Shown here: positions 1 through 9,487 of the stretch, in pieces
Layout: every line of letters begins with the position of its first letter
Numbering within the stretch: position 1 is the stretch's first letter
From: Elusimicrobiota bacterium
GTDB lineage: Bacteria; Elusimicrobiota; Endomicrobiia; Endomicrobiales; JBDRNC01
Reading direction: 5' to 3'
Length of the DNA stretch: 64,000 bases
NCBI GenBank assembly: GCA_043811535.1
Contig: JBDRNC010000035.1
Span: 52,650 to 116,649, forward strand
Program-made: the position numbers and the translations under genes
Notes under the pieces: generated by a model
What the model was told of the DNA's origin: nothing
The model's input: the letters and a program-made list of their open reading frames with translations, nothing else
Database searches by the model: none

Positions 1-191
1 GTAACGCCTGCCTGCCTTTCTGCGACAAGTACAACATAGAGATAATAAGCGGGATAAATCTTTACATGCTTTTATCGGCCTTTATGAACAGGTCCAAGAT
101 GCCCGTCAATGAGCTCGCTCAGAAGGTCATAAATGACGGGAAGAAAAACATTGCGAACGCGAAAGAAATATTCTTACAGAGGTTGAAATAA
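1..191 (+). CDS. PTS mannose/fructose-family EIIA component, 5'-truncated
   Basis: Manual translation from base 3 gives NACLPFCDKYNIEIISGINLYMLLSAF...RLK*. IEIISGINLYML matches the EIIA-Man (V/I)xGxNLxML motif. The stop TAA (189-191) overlaps the EIIB ATG. Confidence 0.8.
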   Translation, partial: NACLPFCDKYNIEIISGINLYMLLSAFMNRSKMPVNELAQKVINDGKKNIANAKEIFLQRLK

Positions 192-688
192 TGAGTATAG
201 TGCTAGCGCGTATAGATGACAGGCTAATTCACGGCCAGGTGGTTGAAGGATGGCTGAAGACGATTCAGGCCGACCATATAGTCATCGTGTCGGATGACGT
301 CGCGAAGGATAAGATGCAGCAGACGCTGATGGCGATGGCCGTTCCGAAAGACATCAAGGTTAGCAGTCTGACTATTGAAGATGCCGCCTCGAAAATTATT
401 GACGGTTCTTTTTCCAAGGACAGGCTGCTGCTGCTTTTTTCGTCCCCTAAGGATGTTAGGAGACTGCTGGATAAAGGCGTGAAACTGAGTTCGGTGAACG
501 TAGGCGGCATGCATTTCAGCCCGGGCAAGAAACAGATACTGCCGACGATGTCGGTGGATAAGGAAGATGTAGAAGAATTGCTGGATATATGCGGGAGAGG
601 GATTGAGCTGGAAGGCAGGGTCATACCTGTCGCGGAAAAGATAAATGTGTCTGTAATAATTGAAAAGGAGTTCGGTTCACCCCGTTAG
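191..688 (+). CDS. PTS mannose/fructose/sorbose-family EIIB component
   Basis: ARIDDRLIHGQV phospho-His motif and VNVGGM motif. Confidence 0.95.
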   Translation: MSIVLARIDDRLIHGQVVEGWLKTIQADHIVIVSDDVAKDKMQQTLMAMAVPKDIKVSSLTIEDAASKIIDGSFSKDRLLLLFSSPKDVRRLLDKGVKLSSVNVGGMHFSPGKKQILPTMSVDKEDVEELLDICGRGIELEGRVIPVAEKINVSVIIEKEFGSPR

Positions 689-790
689 AAATAGTATTTA
701 TATCGTTACAGAGTTATGATATTCTCGCAGATAGAGGTTGTTTAGGATTTAAGAAGATCAATCATTCTGTCCTGATTTCTAACGGGGCAA
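676..790. mobile_element. Small non-coding inverted-repeat (MITE-like) element
   Basis: Perfect 13-bp terminal inverted repeats CCCCGTTAGAAAT (680-692) and ATTTCTAACGGGG (775-787) around an AT-rich core. Confidence 0.6.
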
Positions 791-814
791 GCCGAAGGAA
801 AACAAGCAAAAATC

Positions 815-2896
815 ATGAAAAAGATATACTTTTTGTTCGGCATACACAACCACCAGCCTGTGGGAAATTTCCCTGAAGTGCTTGAGAAAGGCTACGCTGA
901 ATGTTATTGGCCGTTTATCGAAGTCCTGCGGCGCCACCCGAAAATTAAATGGTCGCTGCACTGCACCGGTATTTTATGGGACTTCTTCGCGGAAAAGCAT
1001 CCGGAATACCTGGATGAGGTGAAGAAGATGGTGGATTCCGGCCAGGTAGAGCTCGTTACCGGCGGATATTACGAGCCAATAATGCCCGTGATACCAGACA
1101 GGGACAAGAGCGGGCAGATATCCAAGCACAGAAAATTCCTTAAAGAAACGTTTAACCGCGAAGCCAGGGGGATGTGGCTGGCGGAAAGGGTCTGGGAACC
1201 GCATCTATCTAAACCGCTTGCCGAAGCCGGCATTGAATATACAGTAGTTGACGATACTCATTTCGCGGCCGCCGGAATGGATCCGGAGAAACTCCGCGGT
1301 TATTATGTGAGCGAAGAGCAGGGCGTAAAGCTCAATATATTCCCCATAAGCGAGCTTTTAAGATATTCCATACCGTTCCACACGGTTGAAAAGAACCTGG
1401 AGTATTTTCATTCATTCGCGCAGGAATCAGGAAATCCGGCCGTAGTGATGTTCGATGACGGGGAAAAATTCGGTTTGTGGCCCGAAACGAACAAACATTC
1501 CTATAAAGATAAGTGGCTCGAGAATTTCCTTTTAATGCTGGAGAATAACAAGGACTGGATCGAAACAATTACATTTTCGGAATACATGGATAAATTCAAG
1601 CCTGAGGGAAGGATATACCTGCCCGCAGCTTCCTATCTGGAAATGTCGGAATGGGCGCTTCCGCCTGATTCACAGGAAGAGTTTGATAGGACCGTAAAAC
1701 GTTTCAAAGACGATAACAGCGTCAAGAGATTCCTGCGCGGAGGTTTCTGGCGCAATTTCCTCACAAAATACGCCGAGTCCAACAATATGCACAAAAAGAT
1801 GCTATATGTCAGCGATAAAGTAAACAGGCTGGCCGAAAATAATCCGGGGAACGCGGCTATAGACAGCGCGAGGGATTCACTGTACGCCGGGCAGTGCAAC
1901 TGCGCGTACTGGCACGGCGTGTTCGGCGGGCTTTATCTCCCGCATTTGAGAACGGGCATCTACAGAAAACTTATCGAAGCGGAACTGTTCCTTAAAGAGG
2001 TCGAGCCAAAGGGCCAGCACGTACAGGAGATCGACTTTGACCGCGACGGCAGGAATGAGTTGATAATTGAAGACAGGCACCAGAATCTTTACATAGCCCC
2101 CGCTGAGGGCGGCTCGCTTTTTGAATGGGACATACTTCCGATGAAGATCAATATCCTGAATGTATTGACGAGGAGAAAGGAAGCGTATCATCAGAAAATC
2201 AGGGATTCTGTCTCTAAACCGCAAAATCAGGACGGAAGCGTGAAAAGCATACATGATATCGTAAAAGTAAAGGAACAGAACCTTGACAACTACCTTAATT
2301 ACGATTGGTATCGGAAGGCCTCGCTGCTGGATCATTTCATTCACCCTTCGACAAAATACAGCGATTTCATAAAGTGCAAGTACGGCGAGCAGGGCGATTT
2401 TGTGACTGGCGAATACACTCACGCGGTAAAGCAGAAAAAACTGACGCTTTACAGGACTGGGACAGTATGGTGCAACGATAAACAATACAAAATCGGGATA
2501 GAAAAAGAGATTACGGTTCTGACTTCGGGTTTTTCCGTCAAATACACGCTGCGGAACCTGTCAAGCGAAAAAGCGCAGCTGATTTTTGCCCCGGAATTTA
2601 ATTTTGCCTTTTCGGGAGTTAAAAACGAGGAAAACGGAGAGAAAAACGGAATAAAGCATTGGTCTCTCAGGGATAAGCCGTTCGGATTTGATCTTTCAAT
2701 GAAATTCGGAACCGAGTCGGATATATGGGTTTTCCCGCTGGAGACGGTATCGCTGTCAGAGTTCGGGTTTGAGCGCACATATCAGGGGACAACGCTTCTG
2801 AATGTTATAAAACTTGAGCTGTCTCCCACCGAGCCTAAAACCATAGATATTGAAATCAATGTTTCAAAAATAGGCTCTTCAAAAAGTAAGAGTTAA
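815..2896 (+). CDS. GH57 alpha-amylase / 4-alpha-glucanotransferase
   Basis: HNHQPVGNF, GMWLAERVWEP (nucleophile Glu), MFDDGEKFG (acid/base Asp), YWHGVFGGLYLPHLR, and a C-terminal beta domain. Confidence 0.92.
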   Translation: MKKIYFLFGIHNHQPVGNFPEVLEKGYAECYWPFIEVLRRHPKIKWSLHCTGILWDFFAEKHPEYLDEVKKMVDSGQVELVTGGYYEPIMPVIPDRDKSGQISKHRKFLKETFNREARGMWLAERVWEPHLSKPLAEAGIEYTVVDDTHFAAAGMDPEKLRGYYVSEEQGVKLNIFPISELLRYSIPFHTVEKNLEYFHSFAQESGNPAVVMFDDGEKFGLWPETNKHSYKDKWLENFLLMLENNKDWIETITFSEYMDKFKPEGRIYLPAASYLEMSEWALPPDSQEEFDRTVKRFKDDNSVKRFLRGGFWRNFLTKYAESNNMHKKMLYVSDKVNRLAENNPGNAAIDSARDSLYAGQCNCAYWHGVFGGLYLPHLRTGIYRKLIEAELFLKEVEPKGQHVQEIDFDRDGRNELIIEDRHQNLYIAPAEGGSLFEWDILPMKINILNVLTRRKEAYHQKIRDSVSKPQNQDGSVKSIHDIVKVKEQNLDNYLNYDWYRKASLLDHFIHPSTKYSDFIKCKYGEQGDFVTGEYTHAVKQKKLTLYRTGTVWCNDKQYKIGIEKEITVLTSGFSVKYTLRNLSSEKAQLIFAPEFNFAFSGVKNEENGEKNGIKHWSLRDKPFGFDLSMKFGTESDIWVFPLETVSLSEFGFERTYQGTTLLNVIKLELSPTEPKTIDIEINVSKIGSSKSKS

Positions 2897-2901
2897 CGCT
2901 T

Positions 2902-3531
2902 ATGACAGAGATTATTGTAATAGCCGTGCTCGCGGCAATACTCGGTCTGGACGTAAATGCCGTAGGAAGAATTATGGTGTCGCGGCCGATAATATGCGCT
3001 CCTTTGGTAGGATACATTTTGGGAGACGTCAAAAGCGGCTTGTGGATCGGAATCATCATTGAACTTCTTTGGATAGGCGATATACCTCTGGGCGCCGCGA
3101 TTCCTTATGACACGACGGTGTTGTCCGTTATCACGGCGTATTGGGGGATAGAAGCAGTGCCCGGCTATCCGGGCTCGATGATGCTTGCAATGGCCGTCGC
3201 TATACCGGCCATGGTGCTTCACAATAAACTTAAGATCAGTCTCAGATATCTGAACATAAGGATAGCTCACTGGGTGGAAACGGGAGTAATAAACAACAAA
3301 GAAGACAGGATCGCAAAGGGCATATTCATGGGGATCTTGTTCAATTTCCTTAAAAACCTGGTCTTTTACCTGGCAATTTTGTTCCCGGGGAAACTGTTGG
3401 TTAATCTTGTTTTTCAACAGCTGCCTTTTGACGTGGTCCGGATGCTGGAAATCTCGATATGGCTTTTACCGCTTGCGGGAATCGGGATTGTACTGGTAAG
3501 TTTCCACGGCAAATTCCCGTGCCCCAAGTAA
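2902..3531 (+). CDS. PTS mannose-family EIIC component
   Basis: Hydrophobic protein with SRPIICAPLVG and ELLWIGDIPLGAAIP motifs, upstream of EIID. Confidence 0.88.
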   Translation: MTEIIVIAVLAAILGLDVNAVGRIMVSRPIICAPLVGYILGDVKSGLWIGIIIELLWIGDIPLGAAIPYDTTVLSVITAYWGIEAVPGYPGSMMLAMAVAIPAMVLHNKLKISLRYLNIRIAHWVETGVINNKEDRIAKGIFMGILFNFLKNLVFYLAILFPGKLLVNLVFQQLPFDVVRMLEISIWLLPLAGIGIVLVSFHGKFPCPK

Positions 3532-3538
3532 AACGCTT

Positions 3539-4300
3539 ATGATAAACAACAGAATATTCTTGTCCGTGTTCCTGAGGTCTTTCCTGCTGCAGGCTTTGTG
3601 GAACTTTGAGCGGCTGCAGAACGTAGGGTTCGCCTACGGGATTCTGCCCGTGCTCAGAAAAATATATCCTTCGGCGGAAGAGCGAAAAGAAGCGGTGCTG
3701 AGGCATATGAGTTTTTTCAACACTCATCCGTATATGGTAAATATGATTTTCGGCCTTGTTTCCGCGATGGAAGAGGACGCCTCAAAAGGGAAAATCCATA
3801 AAGACGAGATAACTAAAACTAAAAATAACATAGCCGGCCCGCTCGCGGCGATAGGAGACTCATTTTTCTGGGCCACGTGGCTCCCTTTTGTCGTCATCCT
3901 GACGGTCAGCCTTATAATATTCTTCTGGGATAAGAGCAGTCCGCGCGGAACGTTCGTACCGCTGATATTTTTTCTGACTATGTACAACCTGATCGCGCTC
4001 CCGTTCTGTTACTGGAGCCTTCTTATGAGCTTCAAACTGCAGAATAAAGTTATAAAACTCATTGTCGGGATCGATTTCCAGAAATCCATGAACCTGATCC
4101 GCTTGCTGAGCAAGGCGATACTTACGGTCCTTTTGATATTTTATATCGCAAAATTTTCCGGCGGGGTGGGTGAAACAGCATTATTCATAATAGTGTTTTT
4201 GTCAGGCGCCGTTTTGGGGTGTTTGAGATGGTCGCCGATAGCCATATTCTATCTGACTCTTCTGATAAGCCTTGCTGCCGTATTGACGGGGATAGCGTAA
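3539..4300 (+). CDS. PTS mannose-family EIID component
   Basis: QALWNFERLQNVGF, FFNTHP and GPLAAIGDSFFW motifs. Confidence 0.93.
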   Translation: MINNRIFLSVFLRSFLLQALWNFERLQNVGFAYGILPVLRKIYPSAEERKEAVLRHMSFFNTHPYMVNMIFGLVSAMEEDASKGKIHKDEITKTKNNIAGPLAAIGDSFFWATWLPFVVILTVSLIIFFWDKSSPRGTFVPLIFFLTMYNLIALPFCYWSLLMSFKLQNKVIKLIVGIDFQKSMNLIRLLSKAILTVLLIFYIAKFSGGVGETALFIIVFLSGAVLGCLRWSPIAIFYLTLLISLAAVLTGIA

Positions 4301-4314
4301 AGATAAAATATAAA

Positions 4315-4581
4315 ATGCAAGAGAAAACCTTGACCATCAAGAATAAACTCGGACTGCACGCCAGACCTGCGGCGCAGTTCGTCCAGGCCGCTACAAAGTA
4401 TAAATCGATTATCAAGCTGTTCAAAGACGACCAGGAAGTCGACGGGAAGAGCATTATGGGGATAATGACGCTCGCGGCGTGCATAGGTTCGCAGATAAAG
4501 CTGGTTATTGCGGGAGAAGATGAAGAGATGGCAATGAGCGAGCTGACGGAAATGATAGAAAGCGGTTTCGGCGAAGATTGA
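4315..4581 (+). CDS. ptsH: Phosphocarrier protein HPr
   Basis: NKLGLHARPAA (His15) and KSIMGIM (Ser46). Start moved to ATG 4315. Confidence 0.95.
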   Translation: MQEKTLTIKNKLGLHARPAAQFVQAATKYKSIIKLFKDDQEVDGKSIMGIMTLAACIGSQIKLVIAGEDEEMAMSELTEMIESGFGED

Positions 4582-4676
4582 AACTCTGCGGGCGCATGCC
4601 CGCATTTGAATAAGATGTTCACGTCAAGTTGAAATCCGCCGGAGTCCCGTTGTGTGGGACGCAGGTGGAATAGCAA

Positions 4677-4711
4677 CAATGACCAATGAACAATTATCAA
4701 TAATCAATAAA
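4677..4711. repeat. Degenerate 7-bp tandem repeat (CAATNAN x5)
   Basis: caatgac caatgaa caattat caataat caataaa. Confidence 0.7.
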
Positions 4712-4749
4712 CGGTTAAATATTTAAACATATCGTCAAGGGGAAAAATT

Positions 4750-6528
4750 ATGACAGAAAAGACGGAAAAAACAGAAAAAAACACTACTTACATTCTGCAG
4801 GGTGTCGCGGCGTCTCCGGGTATAGCGATAGGAAAAGTATTCCTAATGGAAGATGAGGAGTTCTACCCCGTTCAAAGAGAAGTTCTAAAGGACGACACGA
4901 AAAAAGAGATAAACAAATTCCGCGAAGCGCTGAGCAAAACAAGGGCGGAGATGTTGGCGACGCAGGAAAATATATATAAAATCCTGGGCAAGGAGTACGC
5001 AAGGCTCGCGGACGCCTACTTGCTGATTCTCGAAGATCCTATCATGACGCGTGATGTAGTAAAAAGGATAAGCGAAGGCATAAACGCGGAGTACGCGCTT
5101 TTTAAGGTATTGGAACGCGTTATCCGCTCGTTCGAAATGATAGATGACGAATATTTCAGGGAAAGAAAACACGATATACAGGATGTTGGCAAAAAAATAC
5201 TCAGGCACTTGATGGGGAAAGACAAAAGATCGATTTCTGAAGTCGCTTCTGAATGCATAGTAGTGGCGCACAATCTTTCTCCGGCCGATACTATCGCGAT
5301 GAGGGAAAATCTAATTAAAGGTTTTGCAACAGATATAGGAGGACGCACGTCGCATACCGCCATAGTTGCCCAAAGCCTTGAAATACCTGCCGTAGTCGGG
5401 CTTAAGAATATCACGGGACAGATGCACGAAGGCGATATCGTGATCGTAGACGGGAATCAAGGTCTGGTTGTCGTTAATCCGTCGCCCGAGATCATTGAGA
5501 ATTACCGCAGGGAACAGGAAGTTATAGTGCTGGAGGGCAGGGAACTTGAGAAACTGCGGGACCTTCCCGCTCAGACGACGGACGGCCACAGAGTGACAAT
5601 AGCGGCGAATATAGACAATCCCGAAGAAGTGAAATCAGTCCTGAAACACGGCGCTGAGGGAGTGGGGCTGTACCGCACGGAATTCCTGTATTTCAACAGG
5701 ACCGAAATGCCCACGGAAGAAGAGCACTACCAGAACTACCTGAGGGCCGGGCAGAAACTGCTGCCGCACAGCGTTATCGTAAGGACCATGGACATAGGCG
5801 GGGATAAGCTTTCCCATCTCGGCTTTGAAGGTTTCAGCGAAGAGACAAATCCTTTCCTGGGGATGAGAGCCATACGCCTCTGCCTTAAGTACCCCGCGAT
5901 ATTCAAAACTCAGCTTCGCGGGATCCTGAGAGCGTCCGGCGACTGCAGGCTGAAGATAATGTACCCGATGGTTTCCAGTGTCCATGAGATCCTGGCCGCG
6001 AACAAAATTCTGGAAGAGTGCAAAGAGGAGCTCAGAAAAGAAGGTAAAAAGTTTGACGAGAATATTGAGGTTGGCGTGATGATAGAGGTTCCGTCGGCCG
6101 CGATAACTGCCGACTTGATAGCGAAAGAAACGGATTTTCTTTCCATCGGCACCAATGATCTGATACAGTACACGCTTGCGGTTGACAGGGTGAACGAGAA
6201 TGTGGCCGATCTTTACGAGCCGCTGCACCTGTCTATATTGCGCCTGATAAAAAATATTGTCGACGCCGGTCATCGTGCCGGGAAATGGGTGGGCATGTGC
6301 GGCGAAATGGCGTGCGACCCGACATTTACCATGTTACTGATAGGCCTTGGATTGAACGAATTCAGCGTGTCTCCGGTCGCGGTTCCCAAGATCAAGAAGA
6401 TCGCCCGCAGCGTTTCTTTGGTCGATTCAAAGGCCTTAGTTGAAGAGATAATGGATTCTTCCAGCAAGGAAGAAATAATGAAAGCAATGAAAAGGTCCGA
6501 ATTTAAAGGTTCGACTATATCAAACTGA
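4750..6528 (+). CDS. ptsI: PEP-protein phosphotransferase (PTS enzyme I)
   Basis: GGRTSHTAIVA phospho-His motif, GLYRTEFLY, SIGTNDLIQY and GMCGEMA. Confidence 0.97.
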   Translation: MTEKTEKTEKNTTYILQGVAASPGIAIGKVFLMEDEEFYPVQREVLKDDTKKEINKFREALSKTRAEMLATQENIYKILGKEYARLADAYLLILEDPIMTRDVVKRISEGINAEYALFKVLERVIRSFEMIDDEYFRERKHDIQDVGKKILRHLMGKDKRSISEVASECIVVAHNLSPADTIAMRENLIKGFATDIGGRTSHTAIVAQSLEIPAVVGLKNITGQMHEGDIVIVDGNQGLVVVNPSPEIIENYRREQEVIVLEGRELEKLRDLPAQTTDGHRVTIAANIDNPEEVKSVLKHGAEGVGLYRTEFLYFNRTEMPTEEEHYQNYLRAGQKLLPHSVIVRTMDIGGDKLSHLGFEGFSEETNPFLGMRAIRLCLKYPAIFKTQLRGILRASGDCRLKIMYPMVSSVHEILAANKILEECKEELRKEGKKFDENIEVGVMIEVPSAAITADLIAKETDFLSIGTNDLIQYTLAVDRVNENVADLYEPLHLSILRLIKNIVDAGHRAGKWVGMCGEMACDPTFTMLLIGLGLNEFSVSPVAVPKIKKIARSVSLVDSKALVEEIMDSSSKEEIMKAMKRSEFKGSTISN

Positions 6529-6728
6529 CTACAAGCCGGGTTTCACCTGCGCACCAGAATGCCCCGGGGCGTAAGCCCATAAGTTGCATGATTTGCCAGG
6601 CATTCGGTGCGGGGTTCCGCGCTCCGAATATCAGAAAGGGTTGATGACTGAGCGTAAGTTCGGGGAGCGCTTCACCTGCGTGGTTCTCATGCCTCAGGGT
6701 CAAATTCCGCTAACGTACAAAAAAAATC

Positions 6729-8522
6729 ATGGAAATTAAAAACATAAGGAATTTCTGCATCATAGCGCACATCGACCACGGCAAAAGCACGCTTGCCGAC
6801 AGGCTCCTGGAATTTACCGGCACGATATCCATGCGCGATATGCGCGACCAGATACTTGACGGCATGGACCTTGAGCGCGAGCGCGGCATAACAATTAAGG
6901 CAAAAGCGGTCAGGATGGACTATACCGATGAGAACGGCAGCAAAATTATTCTGAACCTGATCGACACACCGGGTCACGTGGATTTTACCTATGAAGTGTC
7001 GAGGGCGATGGCCGCGTGCGAAGGGGCGCTTCTGGTAGTAGACGCTTCGCAGGGAGTGGAGGCGCAGACACTTGCGAATTATTATCTCGCGAAGAACGCG
7101 AATCTTAAGATTATCCCGGTAATAAACAAGATTGACCTGCCTACCGCGGACATCAACGGGACGAGAGACCAAATTCACGAGGCTCTTGAAAACGCCGACG
7201 AACCCATACTTGCAAGCGCGAAAGACGGCAAGGGGATAAAGGAAATAATAGACACAATCATAAACACCGTACCGGTCCCGAAGGGCGAACCAGACGACCC
7301 TCTTGCGGCGCTGGTTTTTGATTCATACTACGACATCTACAGGGGCGTCGTGATAATCGTGCGGGTCATAGACGGCGAGATCAAGCCTCGCATGAAGATA
7401 ATGATGCATTCCACGGGCGTTTTCTATGAAGTTCTGGAAGTCGGATTTTCGAAGATAAAAATGATTCCTTCGGCATCCCTGAAAGCCGGCGAGGTGGGAT
7501 ACATCGTTGCCGGCATCAAGAATATACATGACGTAAAAATCGGAGATACGATCACCGACAAAGCAAGGCCGACTGTCAAGCCGCACGCTGGCTATAAGGA
7601 AATAAAGCCGTTCGTTTTTTCCGGCCTTTATCCGGTAAATTCCGGTGATTACGATAACCTGAAAAACGCTCTAGAAAAACTGCATTTGTCGGATTCATCC
7701 CTTTATTATATCCCGGAAACATCCGTCGCGCTCGGATTCGGTTTCAGGTGCGGGTTTTTGGGATCGCTGCACCTGGAGATAGTTAAAGAAAGGCTTGAAC
7801 GCGAATTCGGGCTTAATCTTTTGATAACGGCGCCGAACGTCGTGTACCGCGTAAGGACCGAAAGCGACAGCATTGAAGTTGATAATCCCGCGAAATTCCC
7901 GCTTTACGGGGACATAAGGCTCATAGAAGAGCCCTATGTCATGTCGACGATAATCTGCCCGGGAGATTACATCGGCGCGGTTATGGACCTGTGTCAGAAG
8001 AAAAGGGGAAAACAGGTGCTTTTCCGTTTTCTTGACATGAAGCGGGCGATAGTCAAGTATGAGATGCCTTTGGCGGATGTAATCGTCGGTTTCTACGACG
8101 CCTTGAAATCAGTATCAAAGGGGTACGCTTCATTCGACTACGAACACATCGGGTACAGGGAGGGCGAGCTTGTCAAGCTGGAGATTATGATAAACCAGGA
8201 AGTCATTGACGCTTTTTCGCTTATCGTCCACAGGGATAACGCCCAGACTGTCGCGCATTTTCTCGCGGAAAAACTGAAAAGCATAATACCTAAGCAGATG
8301 TTCGAGATACCCATACAGGCAAAAGTCAACAACAAGGTCATAGCCAGGGAAAATATAGGAGCTCTGCGGAAAGATGTTCTGGCCAAATGTTACGGCGGCG
8401 ATATAACCAGAAAACGAAAGCTGCTCGAGAAACAAAAGGAAGGAAAAAAGAAAATGAGGCAGTTCGGAAGAGTGGAAATTCCTCCGGAGGCCTTTGTGGC
8501 CGTATTAAAGATAGGAGAATAA
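6729..8522 (+). CDS. lepA: Elongation factor 4 (LepA)
   Basis: IAHIDHGKSTLADR, ERERGITIK, DTPGHVDF and RKDVLAKCYGGDITRKRKLLEKQK. Confidence 0.98.
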   Translation: MEIKNIRNFCIIAHIDHGKSTLADRLLEFTGTISMRDMRDQILDGMDLERERGITIKAKAVRMDYTDENGSKIILNLIDTPGHVDFTYEVSRAMAACEGALLVVDASQGVEAQTLANYYLAKNANLKIIPVINKIDLPTADINGTRDQIHEALENADEPILASAKDGKGIKEIIDTIINTVPVPKGEPDDPLAALVFDSYYDIYRGVVIIVRVIDGEIKPRMKIMMHSTGVFYEVLEVGFSKIKMIPSASLKAGEVGYIVAGIKNIHDVKIGDTITDKARPTVKPHAGYKEIKPFVFSGLYPVNSGDYDNLKNALEKLHLSDSSLYYIPETSVALGFGFRCGFLGSLHLEIVKERLEREFGLNLLITAPNVVYRVRTESDSIEVDNPAKFPLYGDIRLIEEPYVMSTIICPGDYIGAVMDLCQKKRGKQVLFRFLDMKRAIVKYEMPLADVIVGFYDALKSVSKGYASFDYEHIGYREGELVKLEIMINQEVIDAFSLIVHRDNAQTVAHFLAEKLKSIIPKQMFEIPIQAKVNNKVIARENIGALRKDVLAKCYGGDITRKRKLLEKQKEGKKKMRQFGRVEIPPEAFVAVLKIGE

Positions 8523-8524
8523 AA

Positions 8525-9334
8525 ATGAATGCCTGGCAATATTTCTGGAATCAAAGCATGGAATTGAAGCTGCTCGTATTCGCCGTTGTCCTTTTTGTCA
8601 TTTCAAGATTCACGAAAAAATGGAAGGAAAAGGCCGCCGCGGACGATAAGTCCATGAAGCTTCGCAAGGAAACGCATGAATGGATGGAAACAGGATGGTC
8701 AGCCGTTCTGATTGCCGCTTTCATCATGTATTTTTTCATACAGGCCTTCAAGATACCTTCGGGAAGCATGAGAAACACGCTGTTGGAGGGAGACCATCTT
8801 TTTGTGAATAAATTTATTTACGGGCTTCATATACCGTTAAGCGACGGCAAAAGAGTTGTTGCGCTCAGAAAAGTGCAGTACAAAGACATAGTGGTGTTCA
8901 AGTGCCCTCCGCAGGCCCTTTCTCCGATGGAACGCGACCAGGGAATTTCAAAAGATTTCATCAAGCGCTGTGTGGCGTTAGGCGGCGACGTTGTTGAGAT
9001 AAAGAACAAGAGATTATTTGTCAACGGAAAGCCGGTCGAAGAACCTTATTTGAACTTCACGGACAGGAACGTGTATCCGAGTGTTAAGATTTTCAGCAAT
9101 TCAAGCCAGTACCAGCGCGCGTGGGAGTCCGGCCAGTTCGCCAACCTTTCCCCGGACGTGATCCGTGACAATTTCGGGCCTGCGGTGGTGCCTGCCGGCC
9201 ATTATTTCGTGATGGGCGACAACAGGGACAGGTCGTTTGATTCGCGTTTTTGGGGACCCCTTCCGGACAAATACTTGAAGGGAAGGGCGCTGCTGCTTTA
9301 TTGGCCGCTGAAGAGGTTAAGGATTATCCGATAA
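8525..9334 (+). CDS. lepB: Signal peptidase I
   Basis: FKIPSGSM (Ser), FIKRCVA (Lys) and MGDNRDRSFDSRFWG. Start taken as ATG 8525, just after the lepA stop. Confidence 0.95.
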   Translation: MNAWQYFWNQSMELKLLVFAVVLFVISRFTKKWKEKAAADDKSMKLRKETHEWMETGWSAVLIAAFIMYFFIQAFKIPSGSMRNTLLEGDHLFVNKFIYGLHIPLSDGKRVVALRKVQYKDIVVFKCPPQALSPMERDQGISKDFIKRCVALGGDVVEIKNKRLFVNGKPVEEPYLNFTDRNVYPSVKIFSNSSQYQRAWESGQFANLSPDVIRDNFGPAVVPAGHYFVMGDNRDRSFDSRFWGPLPDKYLKGRALLLYWPLKRLRIIR

Positions 9335-9367
9335 ACGGATTTAAGCGCATTCCAGTCATTTTGCGGG

Positions 9368-9401
9368 CCCGGTTTTAGCAAATAAAGCCGGGTTTTTGTT
9401 T
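9368..9401 (+). terminator. Probable rho-independent terminator
   Basis: Stem-loop CCCGGTTTTA-gcaaa-TAAAGCCGGG followed by TTTTTGTTT. Confidence 0.7.
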
Positions 9402-9423
9402 GCAGGGAGCTGGTTGGGCCGCC

Positions 9424-9452
9424 TTTACAAATAAAGTCAAAAATATTATAAT
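9424..9452 (+). promoter_or_regulatory. Sigma70-type promoter upstream of nfeD/SPFH
   Basis: TTTACA-17 bp-TATAAT. Confidence 0.6.
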
Positions 9453-9487
9453 TATGAATAAGAATTGCTATTTAGGAGGAAGACTTT

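Noticed and set aside
6530..6715. 6S RNA or a known riboswitch (cobalamin, SAM-II)
   Set aside because: I could not find the single long rod with central bubble of 6S, or the conserved riboswitch motifs at correct spacing. It is kept as unassigned.
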